Assembly (NCBI GenBank): GCA_048213135.1
Contig: PS015367.1
Coordinates: 33,231-73,036 of the forward strand
DNA from: Reclinomonas americana ATCC 50394
Lineage: Eukaryota
DNA: 39,806 nucleotides
Direction: 5' to 3'
Part shown: positions 39,732 through 39,806 of the stretch, one piece after another
Layout: every line of letters starts with the position of its first letter
How positions within the stretch are numbered: position 1 is the stretch's first letter
Made by a program: the position numbers and the translations under genes
Notes under the pieces: model-generated
Told to the model about the DNA's origin: nothing
Databases searched by the model: none
Seen by the model: only the letters and a program-made list of their open reading frames with translations

Positions 39732-39806
39732 CTGTGGTACGGAAGTGAGAAGGGTGTTGCGTGAGAAGATCAGGGAGGGAGGGAGGGAGGGAGAGAGAGA
39801 GAGAGA

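Overview
Intron-rich eukaryotic nuclear DNA, probably from a mitochondrion-bearing protist; I cannot name the species. The draft assembly has six N-gaps. Exons are GC-rich. Introns are either short (about 47-85 nt) or long and filled with micro/minisatellites, so most ORFs in the supplied track are artefacts. Splicing by hand (GT-AG, phase-consistent) gives seven protein genes: (1) a 5'-partial unknown protein (+); (2) an unknown protein with a duplicated HPLCE motif (-); (3) a five-module ankyrin-repeat + coiled-coil + RLK/Pelle/IRAK-type kinase (-); (4) Mediator subunit MED8 (+), divergent from the kinase gene and carrying a tRNA-Ala(UGC) in an intron; (5) mitochondrial RSM22/METTL17 (+), preceded by tandem copies of its own start/presequence segment; (6) a large protein with a degenerate myosin motor domain lacking the ATPase motifs and an ARM-like tail (+); (7) a 5'-partial ELO/GNS1-SUR4 fatty-acid elongase (-). 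Best leads: a single-nucleotide exon needed to rebuild the elongase NxxxH motif; a recurrent GTTGCG donor class; ankyrin modules that differ mainly at ligand-binding positions on a soluble Pelle-like kinase (candidate diversifying sensor); and the pseudo-myosin. All gene models and family calls come from manual reading and need RNA-seq and HMM confirmation.
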